From: Lachnospiraceae bacterium
GTDB lineage: Bacteria; Bacillota; Clostridia; Lachnospirales; Lachnospiraceae
Length of the DNA: 64,000 nucleotides
Direction of reading: 5' to 3'
Assembly: GCA_045546175.1 (NCBI GenBank)
Contig: JAZQCI010000103.1
Span: 26,679 to 90,678 of the forward strand
In this document: piece by piece, positions 24,862 through 34,658 of the stretch
Layout: every line of letters starts with the position of its first letter
Numbering within the stretch: the stretch's first letter is position 1
Program-made: the position numbers and the translations under genes
Notes under the pieces: generated by a model
The model's database searches: none
What the model was told of the DNA's origin: nothing
Seen by the model: the letters and a program-made list of their open reading frames with translations, nothing else

Positions 24862-24912
24862 TGATAACTTACTCGGTATATTCATACCAAAACTGTTTTC
24901 TAGGGAAATATC
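24862..24912 (-). promoter_or_regulatory. Bipartite phage promoter/operator copy 2
   Basis: GATATTTCCCTAGAAA-N23-AGTAAGTTATCA. Confidence 0.7.
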
Positions 24913-25417
24913 CATGATTTTTGACCAAAAAAATACAGGATTTCAATGAAACATTTTCATCATAGAGATGAAATTCATTAAAGTCCTGTGAGCCCTTTCG
25001 GGGAGCGATACCAAATGAACGATACCGATTAAATTGCTTCTATATTTAATTTTCTTTATTATACCATAAAACTATATATTATACACTACTTTCTACATGT
25101 TCTGCGCTGAAACATTTTCATCCATTAATCAAAATAATTTCATGTCTGAAAATGCGCCAAAACCGGGTAATTTGAATATATTCACCCCGTTCTGCATAAT
25201 TTCTGAGGCCCCAAAGGGGCTCAAACCCTCCGATGCCGCCGGGAATGTGCCCCGTCCCCTCGTAAAACCCCCGGTCAAAATCCCGGAAAGGGGCTCAAAA
25301 TCATACCCAAAATGAGCCTCTTTTTAAACGCATAAAACTCCGCATCAACACCTACAAAACCCACAAATCCAACATTCGTTGCGGCGCAAGCCGCCTAAAT
25401 CCATATGTCCGAGTATG

Positions 25418-25448
25418 AAAAAGACGCCGTTAAACCAACGGCGCCTCT
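25418..25448 (-). terminator. Terminator downstream of tRNA-Gly
   Basis: GGCGCCGTT-GGTTT-AACGGCGTC then TTTTT. Confidence 0.7.
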
Positions 25449-25460
25449 GTGTGAAAAACG

Positions 25461-25531
25461 AGCAGGTAGCGGGAATCGAACCCGTCTCTCCAGCTTGGGA
25501 AGCTGGCATACTACCGATGTACTATACCTGC
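25461..25531 (-). tRNA. tRNA-Gly(CCC)
   Basis: GCAGGTA/TACCTGC acceptor stem, CCAGC-TTCCCAA-GCTGG anticodon arm, GGTTCGATTCC T arm; CCA not encoded. Confidence 0.96.
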
Positions 25532-25641
25532 TTATCGACGAACATTATTATAACAGAAAATACGGGCTTTGCAAGTCAAATTGCAAAGCCCGCCGCAAAT
25601 CCTGTTTCAGGTTCGTCACGGATCCCGGTCCGCCAAAGTCC

Positions 25642-26628
25642 TCATCTGCCGGACGCCTTGATATAATCCTTTACCTCATCTACGGTGGGCATCACGCAGA
25701 GCGCGCCCTTCTTGGTGGTAACAAGGGAGGCAGCCGCGTTAGCGAAGGTGAGAAGCTCATGGAGCTTTGCCTCATCTTTCAGTCCGTCGATGCCGTATTT
25801 GAGGACATGAAGCAGCGCGCTGGCACAGAAGGTATCACCCGCGCCCGTGGTCTCGATCGTGTTGGGATTGAGGAATCCCTTCTCGTACGCTTCCTTTCCG
25901 CCGCAGTAGGCCTTGGATCCGTCCGGACCGAAGGTCGCGAAGACCAGCGGGATGTGATACTCGTCGATGATCTTCTTAATGCCCTTGTCCAGATCCTCTT
26001 CTCCCGTCATGAAAGTGATCTCGTTGTCGGAGATCTTGAGGATGTCGCACTTGGAGAAGCCGAAGGCGATCTTCTCCTTGGCTTTCTCTTCGCTGCTCCA
26101 CAGCGGAGGGCGTAGGTTGGGATCGAAGGAGATCAGGCAGCCTGCCTCTTTGGCGATCTCTAGAGCCTTGAGAGTGGCCTTCTCCACCGTGTCGTGCGTC
26201 ATGGAAAGCGTGCCGAGATGGAAGATCTTCGCGCTCTCGATCAGGTCGCGGTGTTTCTCCACTTCCTCAGCCGTGAGCATGATATCCGCTCCGGGATTTC
26301 TGTAGAAGGAAAAGTCTCTGTCGCCGTTCGGAAGCTTTTCGACAAACGCCAGCGTCGTGTGGACTTCCTCGTCCATTTCCAGTCCGCTCATGTCGATGCC
26401 CTGCTCCTCGGTCCTGGCTTTGAGGAGCCTGCCGAACATATCGTTGCCGACCTTGCCGATAAAAGCGGTCTTTTTGCCAGCCTTGTTAAGCATGGCAAGA
26501 ACGTTGCAGGGAGCTCCGCCGGGATTGGCTTCAAACATGCCGTTTCCCTGCTCACTGATTCCGTTCTGTGTGAAGTCGATCAAGAGTTCTCCGAGCGCCG
26601 TCACATCAATTCTCTTTTCGCTGCTCAT
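25642..26628 (-). CDS. PfkB-family carbohydrate kinase (fructokinase-like)
   Basis: GGAPCNV, ETTGAGDTF signatures. Confidence 0.92.
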   Translation of the reverse strand: MSSEKRIDVTALGELLIDFTQNGISEQGNGMFEANPGGAPCNVLAMLNKAGKKTAFIGKVGNDMFGRLLKARTEEQGIDMSGLEMDEEVHTTLAFVEKLPNGDRDFSFYRNPGADIMLTAEEVEKHRDLIESAKIFHLGTLSMTHDTVEKATLKALEIAKEAGCLISFDPNLRPPLWSSEEKAKEKIAFGFSKCDILKISDNEITFMTGEEDLDKGIKKIIDEYHIPLVFATFGPDGSKAYCGGKEAYEKGFLNPNTIETTGAGDTFCASALLHVLKYGIDGLKDEAKLHELLTFANAAASLVTTKKGALCVMPTVDEVKDYIKASGR

Positions 26629-26818
26629 AATATCCTCCTTTAATTAGCTGCACGCCGAAATGAACCTGTTCCGGATCCCGTCCGCATGACCTGGGATCCG
26701 CCTCGCGTGCTATTGTGTTCATTCTACAACATAGACTCCTTTTCGTCCACTTCCACCTTATTTAAGGAAAGATATCGAGAATGTTTTGTGCAAAACAGAC
26801 AAATCATTCCGAAAAAAA

Positions 26819-28183
26819 TCAGTTTTTAAAGCTGTGGATCGGAGCGGGGATCCTGCCCTTGCGGCTGATGAACTCCTCGCAGCCGAAAGGATTGACCGGC
26901 ATGATGGGCGCATAGCCCAAAAGGCCGCCGAATTCCACCTTATCGCCCACGCCTTTTCCGATCACAGGGATCAGACGGACGGCTGTCGTCTTCTGGTTGA
27001 CCATACCGATGGCCATCTCGTCGGCAATAATCCCGGAGATGGTAGAAGCCTTGGTGTCGCCGGGGATCGCGATCATGTCCAGTCCCACCGAGCACACGCA
27101 GGTCATGGCCTCGAGTTTCTCCAGTGTCAGGCACCCGGCAGTCACGGAGTTGATCATTCCCTGGTCCTCGCTGACCGGGATGAACGCGCCGCTCAGGCCG
27201 CCCACATAGGAGGACGCCATGACGCCGCCCTTCTTGACCTGGTCGTTGAGCAGGGCCAGCGCCGCCGTAGTGCCCGGCGCGCCGGCGTGTTCAAGACCCA
27301 TCTCGCAGAGGATATCCGCGACGCTGTCTCCGATGGCGGGCGTCGGGGCCAGAGAGAGGTCGATGATGCCGAAGGGCACGCCCAGACGTCTGGAGGCTTC
27401 CTTGGCGACCAGCTGCCCTACGCGGGTAACTTTAAAGGCCGTCTTTTTCACAGTCTCGCACAGTGTCTCGAAGTCTTTGCCGTGAACGGACTCCAGCGCT
27501 TTTTTGACAACGCCCGGCCCGCTGACGCCGATGTTGAGGATCCTGTCCGCTTCCGTCACGCCGTGGAAGGCTCCCGCCATGAAGGGGTTGTCATCCGGCG
27601 CGTTGCAGAAAACGACCAGTTTGGCACAGCCGATAGAGCCCCTGTCTGCCGTCTTCTCCGCCGTCTGTCTGATGATCTCTCCCATGAGACGGACCGCATC
27701 CATGTCGATGCCGGTCTTGGTGGAGCCCACGTTCACGGAGGAGCACACCAGCTGTGTCTCCGAGAGAGCCTGCGGGATGGACTCGATGAGGAGCTTATCC
27801 GCCGCCGTCATGCCTTTGGAGACCAGGGCGCTGTATCCGCCCAGAAAATTGACGCCCACATCGCGGGCGGCTTTGTCCAGTGTCAGCGCAATCTGCGCGA
27901 AGTCCTCCGGGGACTTGCAGGCGCTTCCGCCCACCAGGGCGATCGGCGTCACGGAGATCCTCTTGTTGACGATCGGAATTCCGTAATCGGTGGAGATCTC
28001 CTCGCCGACTTTCACCAGATTGGCGGCGCTTGCGTATATTTTGTCATAAATCTTCTGTCTGAGGACCTGCAGGTCAGAGTCGATGCAGTCCAAAAGGCTG
28101 ATGCCCATTGTGATGGTCCTGACGTCCAGATTCTCTTTCTCTATCATTTCATTGGTCTCGCTGACCTCAGAGATGCCTATCAT
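26819..28183 (-). CDS. PFL-family protein DUF711 (UPF0210)
   Basis: [42 protein letters not shown]. Confidence 0.92.
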   Translation of the reverse strand: MIGISEVSETNEMIEKENLDVRTITMGISLLDCIDSDLQVLRQKIYDKIYASAANLVKVGEEISTDYGIPIVNKRISVTPIALVGGSACKSPEDFAQIALTLDKAARDVGVNFLGGYSALVSKGMTAADKLLIESIPQALSETQLVCSSVNVGSTKTGIDMDAVRLMGEIIRQTAEKTADRGSIGCAKLVVFCNAPDDNPFMAGAFHGVTEADRILNIGVSGPGVVKKALESVHGKDFETLCETVKKTAFKVTRVGQLVAKEASRRLGVPFGIIDLSLAPTPAIGDSVADILCEMGLEHAGAPGTTAALALLNDQVKKGGVMASSYVGGLSGAFIPVSEDQGMINSVTAGCLTLEKLEAMTCVCSVGLDMIAIPGDTKASTISGIIADEMAIGMVNQKTTAVRLIPVIGKGVGDKVEFGGLLGYAPIMPVNPFGCEEFISRKGRIPAPIHSFKN

Positions 28184-28266
28184 ATAGCCTCCTGCCCAGG
28201 CCCGCGACGGGCCTTATAGTAGCTGACTGTGTTTACGATGGTTCCTGCTCCGCTTTTGCGCTCCGG

Positions 28267-28336
28267 ATCCTGTGCTTAAAATCCTGTGTTTCAAATCCTG
28301 TGCTTCAGATTCTGTGTATCAGATTCTGTGCATCAG
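28267..28336. repeat. 14-bp tandem repeat x5 copying ACT gene 3' end
   Basis: ATYCTGTG cores at 28267, 28281, 28295, 28309, 28323. Confidence 0.88.
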
Positions 28337-28594
28337 ATCGAAGATCTCCTCTTTCTGGCACTTGATCTGAACGCCGATCTTCTCCCGACCCAGGACGGCC
28401 AGTTCATCCGCGATCTGTCCGAAAGGCTTGTCCAAAGTCGTGACGTCGACGACCATCATCATGTTGAAGTAGCCCTGTACGATCGTCTGGGAGATATCCA
28501 GGATATTGATCTTATTCTCCGCGAGATACGTGCACACCCCCGCGATGATTCCGATGGTGTCCTTGCCGACTACTGTAATGATCGCTCTCTGCAT
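28319..28594 (-). CDS. ACT domain protein (UPF0237)
   Basis: IITVVGKDTIGIIA, NILDISQT, IFDLMHRI; usual partner of DUF711. Confidence 0.92.
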   Translation of the reverse strand: MQRAIITVVGKDTIGIIAGVCTYLAENKINILDISQTIVQGYFNMMMVVDVTTLDKPFGQIADELAVLGREKIGVQIKCQKEEIFDLMHRI

Positions 28595-28639
28595 TGTAAT
28601 CCTCCTATGATTTGAATATCTGATTTAAATATCCTTATG

Positions 28640-29437
28640 TCAGAATTCCACGAGCGCCGAAGGCCTCTTTCTGTCTGCCACGAAGATCGGCAGCTCCTCC
28701 GGGCTGTACTGCGCGTCGGAGCTCATGATCTCCACCCGCACCGTCTCAAAAGCGAGTTCGGGGAAATTGTTCTCCTTGCTCAGATGTCCCAGGAAGATCC
28801 CTTTCATATGGTCATTGAGGACTCTGGAGAGGAGCTGTCCGCTGGTCGCGTTGGACAGGTGCCCTTTGTCTCCCAGGATCCTTCTCTTGAGCATATAGGG
28901 ATATCTTCCCACCTGCAGCATGTTGACATCGTGGTTGGACTCGATGAGGAGCATGTCCGAGTTCTTGAGGCACTCCACCGTGTAATCATTGTAGCAGCCC
29001 AGGTCGGTGCAGATGCACGCTTTCTGCCTTCCGTAGTAGACCCTGTATCCCACCGGCTCCGCCGCGTCGTGGGAGATTCTCATAGGATCCACTTGCAGGT
29101 CCTTTACCGTGATCTTTTCATCCGGGCGGATGACCACGAATCTGTCGGGGTCAATGTCCGCGCATTTGTCCATCCTTCTGATCGCCTCGATCGTGCCCCG
29201 CGTGGCGTAGATCGGCATCTCCGATTTCTTCGCGATCATCGGAAGGCCGTCGATATGGTCGGAGTGTTCATGGGTGATAAAAATGCCGTCTATATCCCGG
29301 AGTTCCAGATCAAGGTCTTTAAGAGCCTCCACCGTTCTCTTTCTGCTGATTCCCACGTCCATCAGAAGATGCGTGGTGTCTGAGCCGACATAGATGCAGT
29401 TTCCGCTGCTTCCGCTTGCAATACTTTCAAATCTCAT
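28640..29437 (-). CDS. MBL-fold metallo-hydrolase (WalJ/YycJ-like)
   Basis: SGSSGN, THEHSDH, HLSKENN. Confidence 0.9.
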   Translation of the reverse strand: MRFESIASGSSGNCIYVGSDTTHLLMDVGISRKRTVEALKDLDLELRDIDGIFITHEHSDHIDGLPMIAKKSEMPIYATRGTIEAIRRMDKCADIDPDRFVVIRPDEKITVKDLQVDPMRISHDAAEPVGYRVYYGRQKACICTDLGCYNDYTVECLKNSDMLLIESNHDVNMLQVGRYPYMLKRRILGDKGHLSNATSGQLLSRVLNDHMKGIFLGHLSKENNFPELAFETVRVEIMSSDAQYSPEELPIFVADRKRPSALVEF

Positions 29438-29488
29438 ACTGTTGTTTGTTACCTTCTAAAATAATTATCGTAGAGAGCAGGCAAAATA

Positions 29489-30139
29489 TCACGCTTTGTG
29501 AAACCTCTCCCGAAGCCGCCGGATCGCCCGGTCCACCTGGCGGGCCGCGCCCGTCTCGGCGTCAAATTTCCCGGTGTTGTCGATCACCGTGTCGCAGTGC
29601 GCGCGGAACACGTCCTCGGAGACCTGCTTGTCCATGATTGAGCGGATCTTCTCGTCGCTGTAGCCGCGCGTGCGCCTCAGCCTCTCGCTCCTTTCGCTCT
29701 CCTCGCAGTAAATATACCACATGGAGTCCAGGATCTTATCATAGCCGTTCTCGATCAGAAGGGCGGACTCCAGAACAAAGAATTCGCGCTCCGCTTCCTT
29801 CCTCTCGCGGTCAATCTCCTCAAGTATATACTGATTTACGGCAGGATGCACCAGTTCATTTATTTTCCGCAGAAGTTCCGGGTCGCCGAAGATTCTCGCC
29901 GCCATCTCCTGCTTATTGATCGAGCCGTCCTCCATAAGGAGTTCCCCGCGCTGTCCGTCCGCTCCTCCCTTTTCGCTCAGGAGCTTCACCAGCGGCTCGT
30001 AGAGCGGGCCTCCGGGCTGTTCAAGGTCCTTGGCGGCGTTGTCCGACATGAGGATCCTGCAGTTGTAGTTTTGGTCCAGGTACTTAAGGATCTCGCTCTT
30101 TCCGGATCCAACGCCTCCCGTCACTCCGATCGTAATCAT
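29489..30139 (-). CDS. coaE: Dephospho-CoA kinase
   Basis: GVTGGVGSGKS, LVHP, ESALLIE. Confidence 0.92.
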   Translation of the reverse strand: MITIGVTGGVGSGKSEILKYLDQNYNCRILMSDNAAKDLEQPGGPLYEPLVKLLSEKGGADGQRGELLMEDGSINKQEMAARIFGDPELLRKINELVHPAVNQYILEEIDRERKEAEREFFVLESALLIENGYDKILDSMWYIYCEESERSERLRRTRGYSDEKIRSIMDKQVSEDVFRAHCDTVIDNTGKFDAETGAARQVDRAIRRLRERFHKA

Positions 30140-30162
30140 TGTATTTTCCTTTCAGGCACAGA

Positions 30163-32940
30163 TCACTTAGCCATATACCAGTCGTTACCGCTGTGAACGT
30201 CCGTCTCCAGCGCCACCTTGAGGGAGGCCGCTTCGGACATCTCCCTGGCCAACAGCTTTTCTACCCGCTCCTTTTCCTCCGGAACCGCCTCGATCAGCAG
30301 TTCGTCGTGGATCTGCAGAATGAGCCTGGAGCTGAGTTTCTCCCTCTCGAGAGCTTCCCAGACCCGGATCATCGCTATTTTGATAATGTCGGCCGCCGTT
30401 CCCTGAATGGGGGAGTTCATGGCCACTCGCTCGCCAAAAGAGCGCTGCATGAAATTGCTGTTCTTAAGTTCGGGGACCGGTCTCCTGCGGCCGTACATAG
30501 TTTCGGCATACCCCTTCTCCTTCGCGTCCGAGACCAGCTTGTCCAGGAATATTTTGATTCCCGGATAGGTCTTGAAATACGCGTCGATGTACTCGGCCGC
30601 TTCTTTTCTGGAAATGCTCAGCCCCTGGCTCAGCCCGAAAGAGCTGATGCCGTAAACAATACCGAAGTTGACCGCCTTGGCGTTCCTTCTCTGAAGAGGC
30701 GTGACCTCCTCAAAAGGCGTGTGGAATACCTTGGAGGCGGTGATCCGGTGGATGTCCTCGTTTTCTTTATAGGCGTCGATCAGTTCTCTGTCCCCGCTCA
30801 TGTGCGCGAGGATCCTCAGTTCGATCTGGGAGTAGTCCGCGTCGACGAACACATTCCCCTCGGAAGGGATGAACGCCTTCCGGATCTTCTTGCCCATCTC
30901 CGTCTTCATGGGGATGTTCTGGAGGTTGGGGTCCGTAGAACTGATCCTTCCGGTCGCCGTGATCGTCTGGTTGAAGCTCGTGTGGATCCGGCCGTCCGGC
31001 GCGACAAAAGCCGTGAGCCCGTCCGCATACGTGGATTTGAGCTTGGTGACCGCCCTGTACTGAAGGATGTCGTCCACGACCGGATAGTCCGGGGCCAGTT
31101 TTTCCAGCACGCCGGCCGCCGTGGAGTAGCCCGTCTTTGTCTTCTTGCCCCCGGGCATGCCCAGCTTTTCAAACAATATAACGCCCAGCTGTTTGGGGGA
31201 AGAGATGTTGAACTCCTCGCCGCACTGCTCATAAATCTTTGCTGCCAGTGCGTCCGCCTGCTCCCCGAGCGATGCGCTGTACTGCGCCAGCTCCTGCGGC
31301 AGGATCCTTACGCCGATGCGCTCCATGTCGTACAGTATATAGGACAGAGGTCTCTCGATCTCTCTATAAAGCGCGGTCATGCCTTCCTGCTCCAGCTTTT
31401 CCGCCACAGGCTGCGCCGCCCTTGCGAGGACAGATGCCATCCGGCAGGCGTATTCGACGAGTTCCTCCCGCTTCTCGGCCAGAGCCTGACTCTTCGATCT
31501 TTTGTCAAAGATCTGCTTCCAGGTGGGACAGGACTCCCCCAGATACTCGGAGGCGACCATTTCGGGCTGGTAATCGCTCTCGAGTGGATTGCACAGATAG
31601 CACTCGATCAAAAGGTCCGCAAATCCCTCCAGGCGGATGCCGTCACTAAACTCGGCGCCGCTGTCGATCCCCCAGATCGGGTACTGGTTCTTGAGGCCGA
31701 AGACCGCGATCGAGACAGGTTCGGTCCCGTTCCCTGCCCGGTCTTCCCGGCAGGCGCGCAGCGCGGCAGATCGCAGTGTTCCCAGCGTCTGTATCAGATT
31801 CTCCGCTGTGAGTCCGTTCTCCGGATCGGAGGGATCTGTTTGCAGAAAGACAGCCTTTTTGCCCACGCACAGAGCGACGGCTTCCGGGATCTCCTGCTCT
31901 TTTTCGCCGAAGCGGATCTTGTCCATGACCGGGTAGACGCCGATCTGATAAGGCTTTTCCGAAGACGCCTCTTTCATGGCCGCAAGGAGCGAATCCGTAT
32001 ACTCCTTTGCGCCTCCCTTGTCGGTGATCACTCTGTATGACAGTTCCTCGGCGGTGCTCTGAGCGGCCTTTACATCAAACCGCGGGAGCAGTGCCCGGAA
32101 GTTCAGCTCCGTAAAGAGTTTAAACGCTTCCGGCGTATAGAGATTTCCGACGCGGGCCTCCTCCCAGTTCACCTCAATATCGCAGTCCGTCTTGATCGTC
32201 ACGAGAAAGAGACTGAGCCTCGCCAGGTCTTCGTTTTCACCGAGCTTTTTCCGCAGCGCCGGCTTTTTGATCTCCTCGATATGTTCGTAGACTCCGTCCA
32301 CGCTCCCGTAATCCACGATCAGCTGCGTGGCCGTCTTCTCTCCGACTCCCGGCACGCCGGGCACATTGTCAGAGCTGTCCCCCATAAGGGCTTTCACATC
32401 GATAAACGCTTTGGGAGTCACCTTGTAGCTGTCCAGTACGTCCGCGGCGTAGTAATTCTCTATGATGGTCTGGCCCTGCTTCGTCTTGGGGACCCTGACG
32501 CAGATGCGGTCCGTGGCGATCTGCAGCAGGTCTCTGTCTCCCGACAGAAGCGTCACTTCCATGCCTTCCGCTTCCCCGCGCTTTGCCAGGGTTCCCAGTA
32601 TGTCGTCGGCCTCCAGTCCCGCCTGCTCGCGGATCTGTATGCCCATGGACTGCAGGACTTTTTTGATCAGGGGGACCTGCTCCCTGAGCTCTTCGGGCAT
32701 GGGCTTTCTCGTCCCCTTGTATTCCTTATAAGTCTCATGCCGGAAGGTTGGCGCATGCACGTCAAAAGCGACGGACAGATAGTCCGCCTTCTCCTCGTCC
32801 AGAATCTTAAAAAGAATATTTAAAAAGCCGAATACCGCTCCCGTGTGCAGTCCCGCCGAATTAGTCAGGTCCGGCATCCCGTAATATGCTCTGTTCAAAA
32901 TACTGTGCCCGTCCACGAGCACGAGTTTTTTACTGTCCAT
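30163..32940 (-). CDS. polA: DNA polymerase I
   Basis: 5'-3' exonuclease N-term (LVDGHSILNRAYY), DADYSQIELR, KAVNFGIVYG, QIHDEL. Confidence 0.97.
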   Translation of the reverse strand: MDSKKLVLVDGHSILNRAYYGMPDLTNSAGLHTGAVFGFLNILFKILDEEKADYLSVAFDVHAPTFRHETYKEYKGTRKPMPEELREQVPLIKKVLQSMGIQIREQAGLEADDILGTLAKRGEAEGMEVTLLSGDRDLLQIATDRICVRVPKTKQGQTIIENYYAADVLDSYKVTPKAFIDVKALMGDSSDNVPGVPGVGEKTATQLIVDYGSVDGVYEHIEEIKKPALRKKLGENEDLARLSLFLVTIKTDCDIEVNWEEARVGNLYTPEAFKLFTELNFRALLPRFDVKAAQSTAEELSYRVITDKGGAKEYTDSLLAAMKEASSEKPYQIGVYPVMDKIRFGEKEQEIPEAVALCVGKKAVFLQTDPSDPENGLTAENLIQTLGTLRSAALRACREDRAGNGTEPVSIAVFGLKNQYPIWGIDSGAEFSDGIRLEGFADLLIECYLCNPLESDYQPEMVASEYLGESCPTWKQIFDKRSKSQALAEKREELVEYACRMASVLARAAQPVAEKLEQEGMTALYREIERPLSYILYDMERIGVRILPQELAQYSASLGEQADALAAKIYEQCGEEFNISSPKQLGVILFEKLGMPGGKKTKTGYSTAAGVLEKLAPDYPVVDDILQYRAVTKLKSTYADGLTAFVAPDGRIHTSFNQTITATGRISSTDPNLQNIPMKTEMGKKIRKAFIPSEGNVFVDADYSQIELRILAHMSGDRELIDAYKENEDIHRITASKVFHTPFEEVTPLQRRNAKAVNFGIVYGISSFGLSQGLSISRKEAAEYIDAYFKTYPGIKIFLDKLVSDAKEKGYAETMYGRRRPVPELKNSNFMQRSFGERVAMNSPIQGTAADIIKIAMIRVWEALEREKLSSRLILQIHDELLIEAVPEEKERVEKLLAREMSEAASLKVALETDVHSGNDWYMAK

Positions 32941-33008
32941 CCGCCATTTCCTTTCTTCATGGCCCGCAGGGCGGGCCTTATCGACGCAGGCGCGTCTGTC
33001 CGGACCGC

Positions 33009-33335
33009 TCACTGGTAGAACAGCACGACAAACGCGACAATGATGAACGCCGCCGTCGTGATGATCTCCGAAGCGATCGCGGTCATCTTGATGCCGTGCC
33101 GAACGCCCAGCCGCTTCTTCTGCAGTTTCATAAGATCCGCGAGGTCCTTATCCACATCGAAAGTGTCGCCGGCCTCAAGTCTCTCGAGACCTTCATAGAT
33201 CAGGTATTGGATGCGGAGCTCGTCCCTGCAGTTGTCGCAGCTCTCTATGTGGGAGAGAAACTCCGAGAGTTTCATCTCGCTGAGCCTGTCATTCAGAAAG
33301 TCCTGAATGAGGCCGTTAAACTCTTTACAGTCCAT
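33009..33335 (-). CDS. zf-HC2 domain membrane protein (anti-sigma-like)
   Basis: C..HIESCDNC motif, C-terminal TM helix. Confidence 0.8.
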   Translation of the reverse strand: MDCKEFNGLIQDFLNDRLSEMKLSEFLSHIESCDNCRDELRIQYLIYEGLERLEAGDTFDVDKDLADLMKLQKKRLGVRHGIKMTAIASEIITTAAFIIVAFVVLFYQ

Positions 33336-33389
33336 ATTTTCTCCTTAAAGCCGCCGCTTTTTGCGGGCCGCTGCGCCACGTGCGCCTTA

Positions 33390-33833
33390 TCACATGTCCA
33401 GCGATTCCGGTCCGAAAGAATTGGGAAGGAGCTGCTCGAGGGTATAGACCTTATAGTCCTCTGTGCTCTTTGCCACAATGATGAGGAAGCTTTCAGTGTC
33501 GCAGAACTCCCTCATAAACTGCCTGCAGGAGCCGCAGGGAAAGCTGTATACGTCCGGCGTCTTCTCCTTGCCTCCGGCCACCGCCAGCGCACGGAATCTG
33601 TAATCTCCCTCGCTCACCGCCTTGGACATGGCGACTCTCTCCGCGCAGATCGTCACGGAATAGGCGGCGTTCTCGATGTTGCAGCCCCCGTAGATCCTGC
33701 CTTCCTGCGTAAGGAGGGCCGCTCCCACGGAGAATCCCGAGTAAGGGCTGTGGGAGAGCTCTCTCATAAGAAGAGCTTTCTCGATCAATTCGGTAATGAC
33801 CTTATCGCTGACTGTGACCTTACTCTCTCCCAT
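33390..33833 (-). CDS. cdd: Cytidine deaminase
   Basis: PYSGFSVGAAL, CAER, PCGSCRQ. Confidence 0.95.
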   Translation of the reverse strand: MGESKVTVSDKVITELIEKALLMRELSHSPYSGFSVGAALLTQEGRIYGGCNIENAAYSVTICAERVAMSKAVSEGDYRFRALAVAGGKEKTPDVYSFPCGSCRQFMREFCDTESFLIIVAKSTEDYKVYTLEQLLPNSFGPESLDM

Positions 33834-33847
33834 GCTTCCTCCTTTGA

Positions 33848-34630
33848 TCATTTCGAGCTGTCTTTTCGGATGAGTACCCGCACTGCCTCGATGGCCGTCC
33901 TGATCGCGCCGTCCGTATCGTGGACGATCGGATTGGAAAGGCCCATCTTCGCCCTGGTCTGGTTTGCCATGGTCAGAAGGACCGTGCCGGTCCTGACCTT
34001 GCGGTAGCCGCCCACAATAAAGAGCGTCGCGGACTCCATTTCGGAGGCCAGGCAGCCGAGCCTAAGATAGGCGTCCCACTTCTGCAAGAGGACCTCGCTC
34101 TGGGGAAGGAGCTCTGGATTGTGCTGTCCGTAAAAGGCGTCCTTGCAGTGGACCACCCCTACGTGATGGCGCATTCCGAGATTGTCCGCCGCCTCTTCGA
34201 GCGCCTTCAGGATCTCGTAATCCCCCACTGCGGGATACTCCGGCGGCGCATATTCCCTGCTGGTTCCGTCCATACGGATGGCGCCCGAGGCGATCACCAG
34301 GTCCCCGCTGAGGACCTCCTCCTGCATGCCCCCGCAGGTGCCGACTCTGATAAATGTGTCTGCGCCGCAGTTGGTCAGTTCCTCCAGCGCGATCGCCGCG
34401 GAGGGACCGCCTATGCCCGTGGAAGTCACGCTCACTTTGACGCCGTCCACCGTTCCTGTATATGTTATGTATTCTCTGCTGTCCGCGATCAGTACCGGAT
34501 CGTCAAAATATTTTGCAATCTTGGCGCATCTCTTGGGATCGCCGGGAAGAAGAACATATCTTCCCACTTCGCCCTTGGCCACCTGTATGTGATACTGTCT
34601 GTCGGGATCGATCGAATAAGCCGGAATCAT
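33848..34630 (-). CDS. udp: Uridine phosphorylase
   Basis: [25 protein letters not shown]. Confidence 0.92.
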   Translation of the reverse strand: MIPAYSIDPDRQYHIQVAKGEVGRYVLLPGDPKRCAKIAKYFDDPVLIADSREYITYTGTVDGVKVSVTSTGIGGPSAAIALEELTNCGADTFIRVGTCGGMQEEVLSGDLVIASGAIRMDGTSREYAPPEYPAVGDYEILKALEEAADNLGMRHHVGVVHCKDAFYGQHNPELLPQSEVLLQKWDAYLRLGCLASEMESATLFIVGGYRKVRTGTVLLTMANQTRAKMGLSNPIVHDTDGAIRTAIEAVRVLIRKDSSK

Positions 34631-34658
34631 GATATTTCTCCTTTCTTCTGCATTGATT

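Larger units (their letters stand above)
1..25460 (-). mobile_element. Siphovirus-like prophage (right portion), integrated next to tRNA-Gly 3' end
   Basis: Co-oriented replication, packaging, head and tail modules; lower GC than the flanking core genes; ends at the 3' side of a tRNA; left end lies outside the window. Confidence 0.93.

Noticed and set aside
1-25460. Diversity-generating retroelement, retron, integrase or lysis genes
   Set aside because: No reverse transcriptase, recombinase, holin or endolysin motifs in the window; they may lie beyond the left edge
25405-26115. 236-aa plus-strand ORF
   Set aside because: Overlaps tRNA-Gly and is antisense to pfkB; shadow ORF
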